A stretch of 64,000 bases of DNA. Source: an uncultured Acidobacteriota bacterium. GTDB taxonomy: Bacteria > Acidobacteriota > Vicinamibacteria > Vicinamibacterales > JAFNAJ01. A program made the translations under genes and the position numbers. The notes below the pieces were generated by a model that was given only the letters and a program-made list of their open reading frames with translations, was not told the origin of the DNA and did not search any database. Within the stretch, counting starts at the first letter, position 1; the number at the start of each line of letters is the position of its first letter. Positions 34,237-45,186 of this stretch are shown here, in pieces. The stretch lies in NCBI GenBank assembly GCA_963697285.1, contig CAVONI010000011.1, positions 1,476,697 through 1,540,696 on the forward strand, read 5' to 3'.

Positions 34237-37026
34237 ATGCTTCGGAGATTTTCGGCACTTGGGCGCGGTCGCGCCGGCCGTTTCGCATTGGCGCTGGCGG
34301 CAGTTCTCGCCTGGAGCGCGCCACACGCCGTCGCGCAGGTAGCGGATGGCGTCATTGAAGTCATCGTGGTCGACGAGACCAACCAGATTCTGCCCGGCGT
34401 CACCATCACGGTGACACGGCCCGACACCGGTTTCACCACGGTGCTCGTGACCGACGGCACCGGCAGCGCCCGCGCGCTGGCCCTCCAGCCCGGCACGTAC
34501 TCGGTCAAGATCGAACTCTCCGGCTTCCAGGGCGGCACGCAGGAGGGGCTCACCCTCCGCGTCGGCCAGACGCTGAAGCTGGCCATCACGCTCAAGGTCG
34601 CGCAGGTGGCCGAGACGGTCAACGTCATCGGCGAAGTCCCGCTCGTGGACGTGTACAAGACCGACTCCTCGACCAACATCGTCCCCGAGCAGATCCAGGA
34701 ACTGCCCGTGGCCGGTCGCGACTTCCAGCAGCTCGCGTACCTGACGCCGGGCGTGCAGCGCGAGCGTGGCGGCAACCGGTTCATCCAGAACCAGCCCGTC
34801 ATCGGCGCCGGCGGCAATGCCAGCCAGGCGACGATCCTCGTGGACGGCGTGGACTTCACCGACCCCGTGCTCGGCCTCGCGCGCGCCCGCTTCTCGCAGG
34901 ACGCCATCAGCGAGTTCCGCGTGATCAGCAACCGGTTCGACACCGAGGTCGGGGGGTCGGCCGGTGGCGCGCTCTCGATCGTGACGAAGACCGGCACGAA
35001 CGACCTCAGGGGCTCGGTGTTCGGCTTCTTCCGCGACGATGCGCTGCGTGCGCAGGGCGAGTTCGACCTGCAGAAGAACCCATATTCGCGCCAGCAGTTC
35101 GGCTTCACCCTGGGCGGGCCGCTCGTCAAGGACCGGACGCACTACTTCCTGAGCTTCGAACAGGTCAGCACAGACGACATCACCCTCTTCCGTCCGGGCG
35201 GCATCTACACGTCGCAGGCGGCCGACATCCCCGTGCCGAGCGACCAGTCGCTGATCTTCGGCGGCCTCGATCACCGCATGAACGAGAAGCAGAACCTGCG
35301 CGCCCGCTTCGTCTACGAGCGCTACCGCCAGGAGAACTTCCGTGTGGGCGGCGTCGGCGACCTGAGCTCGGGCATGCAGTTGAATCGCGACAACTACAAC
35401 TTCACGACCACCCACAGCTGGACCATCAGCAACTCATCACTGAACCAGATCGCGTTCCAGGTCGGGCGCCGCAAGTTCGACGAGCCGAACAACTCCTCGT
35501 CGTTGACCGAGTACTTCTCGAGCGGCAACACCCTGCAGACCGGCGCCAACATCGTCGGCGACCAGAACGACTCGGGCGACATCGTCGAGATCCGCGACAC
35601 CTTCTTCACGCGGATCGGCTCCGGCACCTGGGCCATGGACCTGAAGGCCGGCGGCGCGTGGCAGTGGGTAAGCGACAAGTGGAACTTCCCGGTCTACCCG
35701 CGCGACCTGATGATCTACGTGACCGACGGACGCGTGCTGCCCTTGCTCTACGTCGACACCTTCGGCAGCGGCGAATCCGAGATCAAGACCAACCTCATTT
35801 CGGGCTTCGTGCAGGCCGACTTCAAGCCGTCCTCGCGCGTCAGCCTGAACATCGGCGTCCGCTATGACCTCGACACCGCCGGCAACAACCCCGACTACAC
35901 CGATCCCCTGCACCCGGAGGAGCGCGGCAAGGATACGAACAACTTCCAGCCACGCGGCGGGTTCTCCTGGGATGTCGCCGGCAACGGCGGCCATGTCGTT
36001 CGTGCCGGTGCCGGCATCTTCACCGGCCGTTTCCTGCTGGTGCCGGCGCACATCGAGCTGCAGCAGAACAGCTACACCGGCCTGACCATCCAGCAGCGCA
36101 TCAACGGCACCGTGCTCGGCATCCCGGCCCTGGCGCTGGACCCCAACAACCCTACCACCACGGGCATCCCGCTCGCGCGTGATGCAAGCGGCATCGACAC
36201 GTCGTTCGTGAACCCGTACTCGATGCAACTGAGCGGCGGGTACACCGCACGCCTCGGCAAGACCGGCCTGTTTGCCGACTTCGAGGGCGTGTACGTGAAG
36301 GGTCACGACGAGATCATCATCCGCGACGTCAACTGGAAGGGGAACGCCACCGGTGGGCGCCCGAACACGACCCGCAACCAGATCAACTGGTACACGAACG
36401 AGGGCCGCAGCGAGTACAAGGCCTTCACGACGAGCGTCAACGGCTTGATCAAGGGTGGCCACGTCGTCACGGCGTCGTTCACCGTCGCCGACAAGAAGAA
36501 CATCAACGACGACTTCAGCCCGGCACTGACCGACTACCCGAACGATCCCGCAGACATCGAGGCCGAGTACGGCCGGTCGCGCAGCGACGAGCGGTACCGC
36601 TTCGTCGCCTCGGGCATCATCCGCATGCCGTGGCGCTTCACGGTGTCGCCGATCTTCGAGTACGGATCGGGCCAGCCGTGGAACCGCCGCCGCGGCTACG
36701 ACTGGAACGGCGACGGCAAGAACTCCGATCGCCTGCCCGGCGTCGAGAAGTTCTCTGAAGACGGCCCGGAGATCTCGCAGGTGAACCTCCGCGTCACGTA
36801 TCGCATCCCCTTCGGGGCGCGTGCTGGCGCCGATCTCATCCTCGAGGGCTTCAACCTCTTCAACCACCTGAACTACGACGTGAACTCGCTCGTGAACGGC
36901 GAGTTCCTGAGCGGCCCGACGCTGGCCAACCCGGCGCTCGTCGCCGTGCCGAACACGCGCTACGGCCAGTACACGGCGACCCTGCCGCCGCGCGAGATCC
37001 AGCTCGGCGTGCGCGTGTCGTTCTAA
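34237..37026 (+). CDS. TonB-dependent receptor with N-terminal carboxypeptidase-regulatory-like domain
   Basis: GGAGG precedes the ATG and a signal peptide follows. CarboxypepD_reg block IEVIVVDETNQILPGVTITVTRPDTGF...YSVKIELSGF. The C-terminal beta-barrel ends REIQLGVRVSF. Confidence 0.85.
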   Translation: MLRRFSALGRGRAGRFALALAAVLAWSAPHAVAQVADGVIEVIVVDETNQILPGVTITVTRPDTGFTTVLVTDGTGSARALALQPGTYSVKIELSGFQGGTQEGLTLRVGQTLKLAITLKVAQVAETVNVIGEVPLVDVYKTDSSTNIVPEQIQELPVAGRDFQQLAYLTPGVQRERGGNRFIQNQPVIGAGGNASQATILVDGVDFTDPVLGLARARFSQDAISEFRVISNRFDTEVGGSAGGALSIVTKTGTNDLRGSVFGFFRDDALRAQGEFDLQKNPYSRQQFGFTLGGPLVKDRTHYFLSFEQVSTDDITLFRPGGIYTSQAADIPVPSDQSLIFGGLDHRMNEKQNLRARFVYERYRQENFRVGGVGDLSSGMQLNRDNYNFTTTHSWTISNSSLNQIAFQVGRRKFDEPNNSSSLTEYFSSGNTLQTGANIVGDQNDSGDIVEIRDTFFTRIGSGTWAMDLKAGGAWQWVSDKWNFPVYPRDLMIYVTDGRVLPLLYVDTFGSGESEIKTNLISGFVQADFKPSSRVSLNIGVRYDLDTAGNNPDYTDPLHPEERGKDTNNFQPRGGFSWDVAGNGGHVVRAGAGIFTGRFLLVPAHIELQQNSYTGLTIQQRINGTVLGIPALALDPNNPTTTGIPLARDASGIDTSFVNPYSMQLSGGYTARLGKTGLFADFEGVYVKGHDEIIIRDVNWKGNATGGRPNTTRNQINWYTNEGRSEYKAFTTSVNGLIKGGHVVTASFTVADKKNINDDFSPALTDYPNDPADIEAEYGRSRSDERYRFVASGIIRMPWRFTVSPIFEYGSGQPWNRRRGYDWNGDGKNSDRLPGVEKFSEDGPEISQVNLRVTYRIPFGARAGADLILEGFNLFNHLNYDVNSLVNGEFLSGPTLANPALVAVPNTRYGQYTATLPPREIQLGVRVSF

Positions 37027-37049
37027 CGGCGACGGCCGTTCACCTGTGT

Positions 37050-37115
37050 CCGGGCCGCGCGGGGGCGCGGCCCCTACAGCCTCCACGGTGTAGGGGCCGC
37101 GCCCCCGCGCGGCCC
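37050..37115. terminator. Inverted pair of REP hairpins downstream of the TonB receptor gene (putative terminator/BIME-like structure)
   Basis: CCGGGCCGCGCGGGGGCGCGGCCCCTAC (37050-37077) and GTAGGGGCCGCGCCCCCGCGCGGCCCG (37090-37115) are reverse complements separated by 12 bp. A third partial copy lies at ~37131-37152. Confidence 0.5.
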
Positions 37116-37306
37116 GCTCACGCCAACGCGCGCCCCCGCGCGGCCCCTCCCACGTCGGCGCGAGATCCCGATCCGATCACGACGGTCGGCGCCCTCGCTC
37201 CCTTGTTCGGGCTGCGCGCTCGCGCAACCCCTGACCGCGCTCGCTGCACGGTCGCTTCCTCGGCCGGTCGGCTACGTCTCGCACGCGGCCCGGCCCGGAG
37301 GGCGTC

Positions 37307-38299
<993 letters not shown>

Positions 38300-38322
38300 G
38301 ATGGCGGGCCGCGAAGGATGGC

Positions 38323-38348
38323 GGGCCGCGCAGGGGCGCGGCCCCCAC
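38323..38348. repeat. GC-rich REP hairpin (preceded by a 14-bp direct duplication GATGGCGGGCCGCG)
   Basis: Sequence GGGCCGCGCAGGGGCGCGGCCCCCAC, just after the KASIII-like stop codon. Confidence 0.75.
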
Positions 38349-38417
38349 GGACACCCGTGCACGGTGCGCCACGCGCGGCGGCACGGTTGAGTGCCCCGAC
38401 GACGGGGAGGATCGGTC

Positions 38418-39962
38418 ATGTTGCACGGTGATGTGCTCGGCGATCGTGCGCGGCTGACGCCCGACGCGCTGGCGCTGGTGGATGTGGCGACCGGGGCGCG
38501 GCTCACCTACGCCGCGCTCGATGCGCGTGCCGCGCGATGCGCGCGCTGGCTGCGCAGCGGCCTCGGTCTCGCGAAGGGCGATCGGTTCGGCCTCCTCGCC
38601 CACAACCGCGTCGAGTACCTCGATCTCGTCTTCGCCGCCGCCAAGAGCGGCTGCATCATCGTCCCGCTCGGCACGCGGCTGACCGCACACGAACTCGAGC
38701 ACATCGTCCGCGACAGTGGCATGCGCGTGCTGATCTACGCCGGCCAGTTCGGCGACACGGTGACGGAGCTGCGCACGCTCGTCCCGCTCGCGCGCGCCGT
38801 CGCCCTCGACGAGCCCGCTGCGCCTGCCGACGATCGCTACGCCGCGCAACTCGACGCCCTCCCCGACGATCCCGCCTGGCAGCGTGAATCGTGCGGAGGC
38901 GACGACGTCTACGCCCTCCTGTACACGAGCGGCACCACCGGGCGTCCCAAGGGCGTGATGGTGCCCCACCGCATGGTGGCGTGGAACGGCTACAACACCG
39001 TCGCGTGCTGGCAGCTCGAGGCTGGCGACGTGTCACCCATCTTCACCCCGCTGTACCACGCCGGGGCACTCGGTGCGTTCCTGCTCCCGATCCTGACGAT
39101 CGGCGGCACGATCGTCCTCCACGCCGGATTCGACGTCGACGAAGTCTGGCGCGTGATTGTCGACGAGCGCTGCACCGTGGTGCTCGGCGTGCCGACGATC
39201 TGGAAGCTCCTGATGGAGGCTCCGCAGTGTGCGACCGCCGACCTGTCGCATGTGCGCTGGTTCATCAGCGGCGGCGCGCCCCTGCCCGAGTACATCGCCG
39301 AGGCGTTCCAGCGGCGCGGCGTGACCTTCAAGCAGGGATACGGCCTCACCGAAGTGGGTGTGAACTGCTTCTCGATGACCGTCGAGGAGTCGATCCGCAA
39401 GCGTGGCTCGATCGGCAAGCCCCTGATGCAGACCGAGGCCAGGCTGATTGACGAGGCGGGGGCCGCGGTGGCGTCGGGCGAGATCGGCGAACTCTGCCTG
39501 CGCGGACCGCACGTGAGCCTCGGCTACTGGAACAACCCCGAGGCCACGGCCGCGGCGCTGGATGCCGAGGGGTGGTTCCACACCGGCGACCTGGCGCGTC
39601 GCGACGCCGAGGGGTTCTTCTACATCGCCGGCCGCCGCAAGGACATGTTCATCAGCGGCGGCGTCAACGTGTATCCTGCTGAAATCGAGGGTGAACTGCT
39701 GCTGCACCCTTCGATCGCCGACGCAGCGGTCGTCGGCGTGCCCCACGCGACGTGGGGTGAAGTCGGCGTGGCGTTCGTGGTGGCGCGCGCCGGGCACGAT
39801 CTCGACGCGGCCGCCGTCGTGGCCCACCTCGCGACACGGCTGGCACGCTACAAGCTGCCACGCGACGTCGTCTTCGTCGAGGCGTTGCCGCGCACGGCCT
39901 ACGGGAAGGTGCAGAAGCACGTGCTGACCGCGCAGTATGCCCACGACAGGTTGACGCCGTGA
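38418..39962 (+). CDS. AMP-dependent acyl-CoA synthetase/ligase (ANL family)
   Basis: GGAGG lies upstream of the internal ATG (MLHGDVLG). Motifs YTSGTTGRPKGV, GYGLTE and TGDLARRDAEGFFYIAGRRKDMFISGG are present. Confidence 0.85.
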   Translation: MLHGDVLGDRARLTPDALALVDVATGARLTYAALDARAARCARWLRSGLGLAKGDRFGLLAHNRVEYLDLVFAAAKSGCIIVPLGTRLTAHELEHIVRDSGMRVLIYAGQFGDTVTELRTLVPLARAVALDEPAAPADDRYAAQLDALPDDPAWQRESCGGDDVYALLYTSGTTGRPKGVMVPHRMVAWNGYNTVACWQLEAGDVSPIFTPLYHAGALGAFLLPILTIGGTIVLHAGFDVDEVWRVIVDERCTVVLGVPTIWKLLMEAPQCATADLSHVRWFISGGAPLPEYIAEAFQRRGVTFKQGYGLTEVGVNCFSMTVEESIRKRGSIGKPLMQTEARLIDEAGAAVASGEIGELCLRGPHVSLGYWNNPEATAAALDAEGWFHTGDLARRDAEGFFYIAGRRKDMFISGGVNVYPAEIEGELLLHPSIADAAVVGVPHATWGEVGVAFVVARAGHDLDAAAVVAHLATRLARYKLPRDVVFVEALPRTAYGKVQKHVLTAQYAHDRLTP

Positions 39963-40774
39963 CCCCTCTTGCAGACGGCCGCCCGGTGCTCGGCCACCTC
40001 GTCGAGGGCACGGGAACACCGTGCCTGCTGCTCAACGGCGGGCTGATGAGCATCCGCGCGTGGGACCCCGTCGCAGCGGGGCTCGTCGCCCGGCACCGCG
40101 TAATCCGGTGCGACCTGCGCGGCCAGTTGCTCTCGCCGGGTCCCGTTCCGTCGACGTTCGACGAGCATGCCGACGAGGTGGTGCGACTGCTGGATGCACT
40201 GGGCGTCGATCGCGTCCACGTCGCCGGCACCTCGCTGGGGGCGTTCGTCGGCATCACCCTCGCGGCGCGCCGCGCCGATCGCGTGCGCTCGCTGGTCGCG
40301 ATGACGGCGACCGATCGCATCACCGCGGACGACTGGCAGGAGGCCCTCCCCTTCCGTGAAGCGGCGCGTGACGCCGCTGCGGGAGGTGATGGTGGCCGCG
40401 TGTTCGACATGCTCGCGCCGGCGACCTTTTCCGACGGGTACCAGGCACGCTTCGCCGCCGAGTTGGCACAACGACGCGCGGTCGTCGCGTCGCTCCCACG
40501 CGAGTGGTTCGTGGCGCTCAACGCCCTGCTCGCTCCGCTCGAGGCGCTCGACATGCGGCCGGCAGCGGCGCGCGTGTCGTGCCCCGTGCTCGTCGTCGGC
40601 GGCGAACACGACCGCACCTTCCCCCTCGCGCACAGCCACGCGCTGTGCGTCGCCTTCCCGTCGGCACGTCTCCACGTCGTCGCTGGCGGGGCGCACGGCC
40701 TCGTCGTCGAGCAACCCGATGACGTGGTCGCGATACTCACGCAGTTCTGGAGCGGGATCGACCCTGACGCATAG
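39959..40774 (+). CDS. Alpha/beta hydrolase
   Basis: The GTG start overlaps the ligase stop (GTGA). Block LLLNGGLMS and nucleophile elbow HVAGTSLGAF. Confidence 0.75.
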   Translation: MTPLADGRPVLGHLVEGTGTPCLLLNGGLMSIRAWDPVAAGLVARHRVIRCDLRGQLLSPGPVPSTFDEHADEVVRLLDALGVDRVHVAGTSLGAFVGITLAARRADRVRSLVAMTATDRITADDWQEALPFREAARDAAAGGDGGRVFDMLAPATFSDGYQARFAAELAQRRAVVASLPREWFVALNALLAPLEALDMRPAAARVSCPVLVVGGEHDRTFPLAHSHALCVAFPSARLHVVAGGAHGLVVEQPDDVVAILTQFWSGIDPDA

Positions 40775-40840
40775 TCACTTCATCGGCCGCCGCGGATGGC
40801 GGGCTTGGCCCTCCGCCGACGGCACAGGACAGGACGCCTC

Positions 40841-42040
40841 ATGAAACCCATCTACATCGCCGCCTATCACCAGTCACCGTTCGGCAAGCTCGGAGACGTC
40901 TCCGTCCCCGACATCATCGCCCGCGCCGTGTCGAGCGTGTGCGATGACGCGCACATCGATCCCGCGAACATCGACGTGGGCGCCGTGGCGGCCGCGTGCA
41001 ACTTCACGCTCAACCGCCAGGGCCTGCTTGCCGGCCTGATGGCCATGGTGCCCGGCCTCGCGGGCAAGCCGATTGAAGCCGTCGAGAACGCGTGCGCATC
41101 AGGCGGGCAGGCCGTGCTGTCGGTCATCAACAAGCTGCTGGCCGGCGACGGGTCGGTGGGTATCGCGGTCGGCTACGAGAAGATGCGCGATGCCGCGGGT
41201 AAGGCCGACGGCAAGCTGATCGGCGAGGTCCTCGGCTTCTTCTCGCATCCCGACGACCGCGAGGGCAAGGTGTTCGTGTTCCCCCACCTCTTCGCCGAGG
41301 TGATGGCCGCGTACATCGCCGAACACGGCGTCACCGCGCGCGATCTCGCCACGATTGCCGTCACCGAGTACGCGAACGCGAAGCACAACCCGTTTGCGCA
41401 GATGCGCAACGTGGACCTCACGCTCGACGTGGCCGAGCGCCTCGAGGGCATCAACCGCTGCATCGTCGAGGGGTTGCCGCTCAAGACCTACGACTGCTCG
41501 CAGATCACCGACGGCTACGCCTCGATGATTGTCGCCACCGAGGAAGGGCTCGCGAAGCTGGGCATCGCGCCGGCCGCGTGCGTGCGGATCGCCGGGTGGG
41601 GTCAGGCCACCGACCCGCTGCTGAAGGCGAACCGCGACGTGCTGCGCCCGGTTGGCGCGCACCGCGCGATGCAGCGCGCCTACGACCGCGCCGGCATCAC
41701 GGCGAGCGAGGTCAACGTCGCCGAAGTGCACGACTGCTTCACGGTCATGGGCGCGATTGGCACCGAGGTCATCGGCAAGGCGGCCGTCGGCCAGGGCGCG
41801 AAGTACTGGGTGGACGGCAAGGCCGCCGTCGATGGCGAGTGCGCGATCAACTCGTCGGGCGGCCTCATCGCGAAGGGCCACCCGATCGGCGCCACGGGCA
41901 TCGCGATGATTGGATGGGCGTCGTGGCAGTTGCTCGGCAAGGCGCCGGCGCCCCTGCAGGTGAGGGCCCCGCGGGCGGCCGCCACCTTCAACATCGGCGG
42001 CCCCATCTGCGCATCGGTCTGCACGGTGTTGACGCGCTAG
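40841..42040 (+). CDS. Thiolase-family protein (SCP-x/archaeal-type acetyl-CoA C-acyltransferase-like)
   Basis: Internal ATG MKPIYIAAYHQSPFGK. Catalytic Cys block ENACASGGQA, with later EVHDCF and GGLIAKGHPIGATG blocks. Confidence 0.85.
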   Translation: MKPIYIAAYHQSPFGKLGDVSVPDIIARAVSSVCDDAHIDPANIDVGAVAAACNFTLNRQGLLAGLMAMVPGLAGKPIEAVENACASGGQAVLSVINKLLAGDGSVGIAVGYEKMRDAAGKADGKLIGEVLGFFSHPDDREGKVFVFPHLFAEVMAAYIAEHGVTARDLATIAVTEYANAKHNPFAQMRNVDLTLDVAERLEGINRCIVEGLPLKTYDCSQITDGYASMIVATEEGLAKLGIAPAACVRIAGWGQATDPLLKANRDVLRPVGAHRAMQRAYDRAGITASEVNVAEVHDCFTVMGAIGTEVIGKAAVGQGAKYWVDGKAAVDGECAINSSGGLIAKGHPIGATGIAMIGWASWQLLGKAPAPLQVRAPRAAATFNIGGPICASVCTVLTR

Positions 42041-42062
42041 CGTCGTCGCACGGTGACGGAGT

Positions 42063-42085
42063 CGGGGCGGCTGCGTGCCGCCCCG
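42063..42085 (+). terminator. GC hairpin downstream of the thiolase gene
   Basis: Sequence CGGGGCGGC-TGCGT-GCCGCCCCG, a perfect 9-bp stem. There is no U tract, so intrinsic-terminator function is uncertain. Confidence 0.35.
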
Positions 42086-42105
42086 CATCGCCGACGTGTC
42101 GGCCG

Positions 42106-42148
42106 GGGGTCAGTCCTTGAAAAATGCGATAAAGAAAGATGTGACCCC
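42106..42148 (+). repeat. 43-bp AT-loop palindromic element, copy C
   Basis: Sequence GGGGTCAGTCCTTGAAAAATGCGATAAAGAAAGATGTGACCCC, between convergent genes. Its last base starts the stop codon (CTA = TAG on the minus strand) of the PilX-like gene. Confidence 0.85.
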
Positions 42149-43629
42149 TACGGGTTGCCGCACGGGTTGGCGGGATCAGGGCCGCGGCATTCTCGCCAGG
42201 CCTGGATGGCCAGGGCGTTCCAGCCGGCGTTGCCGTTGTAGGTGATCAGCACGTTGCCAGACACCGAGACGTAGCCGTCGGCGTCACGGGGCACGAGGTT
42301 GGACCCGGTGCCTGCAGGCCACTTGCCGTCATCGAAGTTGCCGCCAACCACCAATCCGCTCACCTCGGGATCGCCCGAGAAGTTGATCTGGTCACGTGCG
42401 TAGTACAGCCCCTCGTAGGCGTTCGTGCCGAGGGTGCCGGTGATCTCGAGATCAGTCCCGGCCACGATGGCGTAGGTCATGGGGCTCATGAGCTTCGGAC
42501 GCAGCGAAGGATTGCCCGAGATGTCGACCCATCCCTGCGCGATCAGCGTGACGGCTACCGGCGACGCAATGCTGCCTGGGCTGCCCGAGATGAGCATGTT
42601 CATGTCGGTGTAGTACGTCGCCGACAGGATGCTCCCGTTTGCCTTCCAGCACGGCGTGCCGGCGCAATTGCCGATCGCCCATCCTGTATCAGGGTTTGCG
42701 GGCGGGTTCGCCACGTAGAGGATCGGCGTGGCCAGCGTGGACCCGGCGCAGGCGGCGAGCGTGTTGGCAGGGCCGCAGTAGATCCGGTGTCCGGCGCCGA
42801 GATTCACAAGCAGGAAGTCGGCCACCGCCTTGAACGTTGACGGCTCGAGCTTGGGGATCGGCAACGGATCGACCCCGGGCAGGGCAGGTGCGCCACCGGA
42901 CACGCACGCCGGGCCGCCATCGGCATCGCCCTCGATGGTCCCCACCGCCTCGTAATACTGCTCGGCACACGCCGTCGTGCCGTCGATGTCGAGATCACCG
43001 TTGGCGTGGATGCCTCCCGCCGAACCCATGACCGACGGATTGCCGTTGATCCGCAGGTTGCCGTTGACGACCAGGGCCGGCAAGGCGCGGTCCTTGAACA
43101 CGGCCTCGATTGTCGTCTCGGCGCCGTTGCGGCCGATGCCGCGCGAACGCGCCAGCAGGCGCCCGTTGACGTCGTGGTTGGCATTCGCATCAGGCGTCGG
43201 CAGCGTCGACTCGAGCGCGTTGTCGTCGCACAGCCGCACCTCGTAGCGTCCACCGAACGCGTTCCCCGCCGGGAACGCCCGGCCTGCGGCGGGAATCAGT
43301 TCGCCGGCCGGCGGGTACGGCGACGACGCGCCCGCCGGTTCGGTGGCGAACTCGTCGAGATTGCATGCGGTGCCGTCACCGCTCACCAGCAGCGGATCGT
43401 AGCCGTTGATCCAGACCTGGTTGAGCAGCAGGGCCTTCGCGTGCGTGATCCCGGCATCGGCAATCGCGAGGGCTTCGACGTTCTCGCGGTCGTTGTTCGC
43501 GACGGTCACCGACACGACGCCGACGGACGTCAGCGCGACGCCGAGCACGGTCACCATCAGGAGGGTCACCATGGCCGTCACGAGCGCCATGCCGTGCTCG
43601 TTCTTCGGCTCCCGCGGGTGGGATGTCAT
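42148..43629 (-). CDS. Large PilX-N-domain pseudopilin-associated protein
   Basis: The start at internal ATG 43629 (MTSHPREPKNEHGMALVTAMVTLLMVTVLGVAL...NNDRENVEALAIADAG) overlaps the upstream stop (ATGA). The rest is a 493 aa Gly/Asn/Ala-rich extracellular-looking region. Confidence 0.65.
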   Translation of the reverse strand: MTSHPREPKNEHGMALVTAMVTLLMVTVLGVALTSVGVVSVTVANNDRENVEALAIADAGITHAKALLLNQVWINGYDPLLVSGDGTACNLDEFATEPAGASSPYPPAGELIPAAGRAFPAGNAFGGRYEVRLCDDNALESTLPTPDANANHDVNGRLLARSRGIGRNGAETTIEAVFKDRALPALVVNGNLRINGNPSVMGSAGGIHANGDLDIDGTTACAEQYYEAVGTIEGDADGGPACVSGGAPALPGVDPLPIPKLEPSTFKAVADFLLVNLGAGHRIYCGPANTLAACAGSTLATPILYVANPPANPDTGWAIGNCAGTPCWKANGSILSATYYTDMNMLISGSPGSIASPVAVTLIAQGWVDISGNPSLRPKLMSPMTYAIVAGTDLEITGTLGTNAYEGLYYARDQINFSGDPEVSGLVVGGNFDDGKWPAGTGSNLVPRDADGYVSVSGNVLITYNGNAGWNALAIQAWRECRGPDPANPCGNP

Positions 43630-44222
43630 TCGGTCCTCCGCACTGCCACCGACGAGGTCAACCACGAGGCGGGGCCATCCTGCACCATCGCCGTCGATTG
43701 CGTGCGCAATTGGATGGTGACGTACGCGATCCGGCTCGCAAACGTGACGGCATTCGCGATGGCCCCTTCGTTGGTGTCGCGGTAAGTGAACGTCATGCCC
43801 GCCACGTTCTCGGCAAACACCACGGGACCGGGGTCGCTCGGTTCCTGCTTGACGAGCTGGCCGCCGGCCACGCTGAACGTGATGTCCTCGTAGGGATCGT
43901 CGAGCACGCCGTCGGCGGGGTTCCAGTCCGACTGGATCCTGATGCTGTCGTACACGTTGTTGAAGTCGGGATCAGCACGTAGCGGCGTGACTGCGATGTT
44001 CAGGGGATTACTGCCCGACATGCGCACGAGCCGTGTGATGGCATCCATTGCCGCGCGCGCCTGGTTGGCGGTCTCGAGCCGCTCACGCTGTGCCGAGTAG
44101 TTCCGCTGTGTCGCCACGATGGCCGTGGTCGTGATGCCGAGCGTGAGCAGGACGACGATGGTCGTGATCAGGAGTTCGACCAGGGTGAAGCCGGCGTCTG
44201 CCCGCGAGGGCGTGGTGCACAC
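43626..44222 (-). CDS. PilW-like prepilin-type pseudopilin
   Basis: Prepilin cleavage/methylation motif AGFTLVELLITTIVVLLTLG. The start at GTG 44222 was chosen because it is the nearest in-frame start upstream of the motif. Confidence 0.6.
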   Translation of the reverse strand: MCTTPSRADAGFTLVELLITTIVVLLTLGITTTAIVATQRNYSAQRERLETANQARAAMDAITRLVRMSGSNPLNIAVTPLRADPDFNNVYDSIRIQSDWNPADGVLDDPYEDITFSVAGGQLVKQEPSDPGPVVFAENVAGMTFTYRDTNEGAIANAVTFASRIAYVTIQLRTQSTAMVQDGPASWLTSSVAVRRTE

Positions 44223-44257
44223 CGCGAGCGGCGGTTGCGTTGACGTTGGTCGCGGTG

Positions 44258-44692
44258 CTAGGGCCACAGCTTGCCTCCCATGGTCACCAGCGGGAAGTCG
44301 TCCCGTTCCGGAAGGACGACCATCGCCACTTCTCGCGTCCCGGCCGGGCCTGCAGAGACCTGCCATCGCACGCGGAACGTGGCGCCCTGGCTCTGCACCG
44401 TGACGAAGTGATTGGCGACGTCGGCCGTCAGGCTGCCGTCGATGCTGCGCTTGGCCGACAACGGGGGCGCCGTGCGCAGCCGCTCGAGTTCCTGCCGCCC
44501 CGCCGCTGCCGCCCGGGTCACGTCGCGCGCGGTCACCTGGAGCCGCGTGCCGTAGGCGATCAGGGTGGCCATGCTCAGCGTGCCGATCACGGTCACCACG
44601 AGCGCCACGAGGACTTCGGTGATGCTGAAGCCCTCGTCTCGCCTGCGTGGATTCGGTGTTGCGGGCGTCATGGTGGCAAGTGGCTCGTTCAT
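44258..44692 (-). CDS. PilV-like prepilin-type pseudopilin
   Basis: Motif EGFSITEVLVALVVTVIGTLSMATL. The ATG at 44692 overlaps the upstream stop (ATGA). Confidence 0.65.
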   Translation of the reverse strand: MNEPLATMTPATPNPRRRDEGFSITEVLVALVVTVIGTLSMATLIAYGTRLQVTARDVTRAAAAGRQELERLRTAPPLSAKRSIDGSLTADVANHFVTVQSQGATFRVRWQVSAGPAGTREVAMVVLPERDDFPLVTMGGKLWP

Positions 44693-45186
44693 TGGATGGT
44701 GGCAGTCCCCGAGACCGCGATGTTGATGGTGCGGGCGAACCCGCTCTCGTGCACGACCGTCAGCGCCTCCGCTGCGGCGAGGCGCCCCAGGGGGTCGTAG
44801 TCGATCTGGGCCGGGACCTCGGAAAACGCGATGCCTTGCGACAACCGGCCCGGAACGCCGAGGCTCTGGGCGGCACCGCCTGCCCCGGTCGCCTGCACCT
44901 GCACGGTGCCCGTCGCAACGTCGATGAGGAGCCACGTCGGACGATTGCGCTTGAGCGCGTTCATCCGCGCCTCCATCAGCTTGCCGCTGATCATCGAGGC
45001 GCTTTCCTGCAACCGGTGCTGGACGAGGGCCCCTCGCACCTGCACCACGGCCATCGTGGTGAACACAATCGAGATGGCGACGACGATGAGGAGTTCGATG
45101 AGTGAGAATCCCGGCGACCGACGCTGAAGCGAATACGGTGGCGTTACAGACGGGCGAGGCGAGGCGCACAGGCGGACGTCCTGCAT
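44689..45186 (-). CDS. GspH/FimT-like prepilin-type pseudopilin
   Basis: Motif PGFSLIELLIVVAISIVFTTMAV. The start is taken at ATG 45186 (MQDV...), with 45231 as an alternative. Confidence 0.65.
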   Translation of the reverse strand: MQDVRLCASPRPSVTPPYSLQRRSPGFSLIELLIVVAISIVFTTMAVVQVRGALVQHRLQESASMISGKLMEARMNALKRNRPTWLLIDVATGTVQVQATGAGGAAQSLGVPGRLSQGIAFSEVPAQIDYDPLGRLAAAEALTVVHESGFARTINIAVSGTATIQ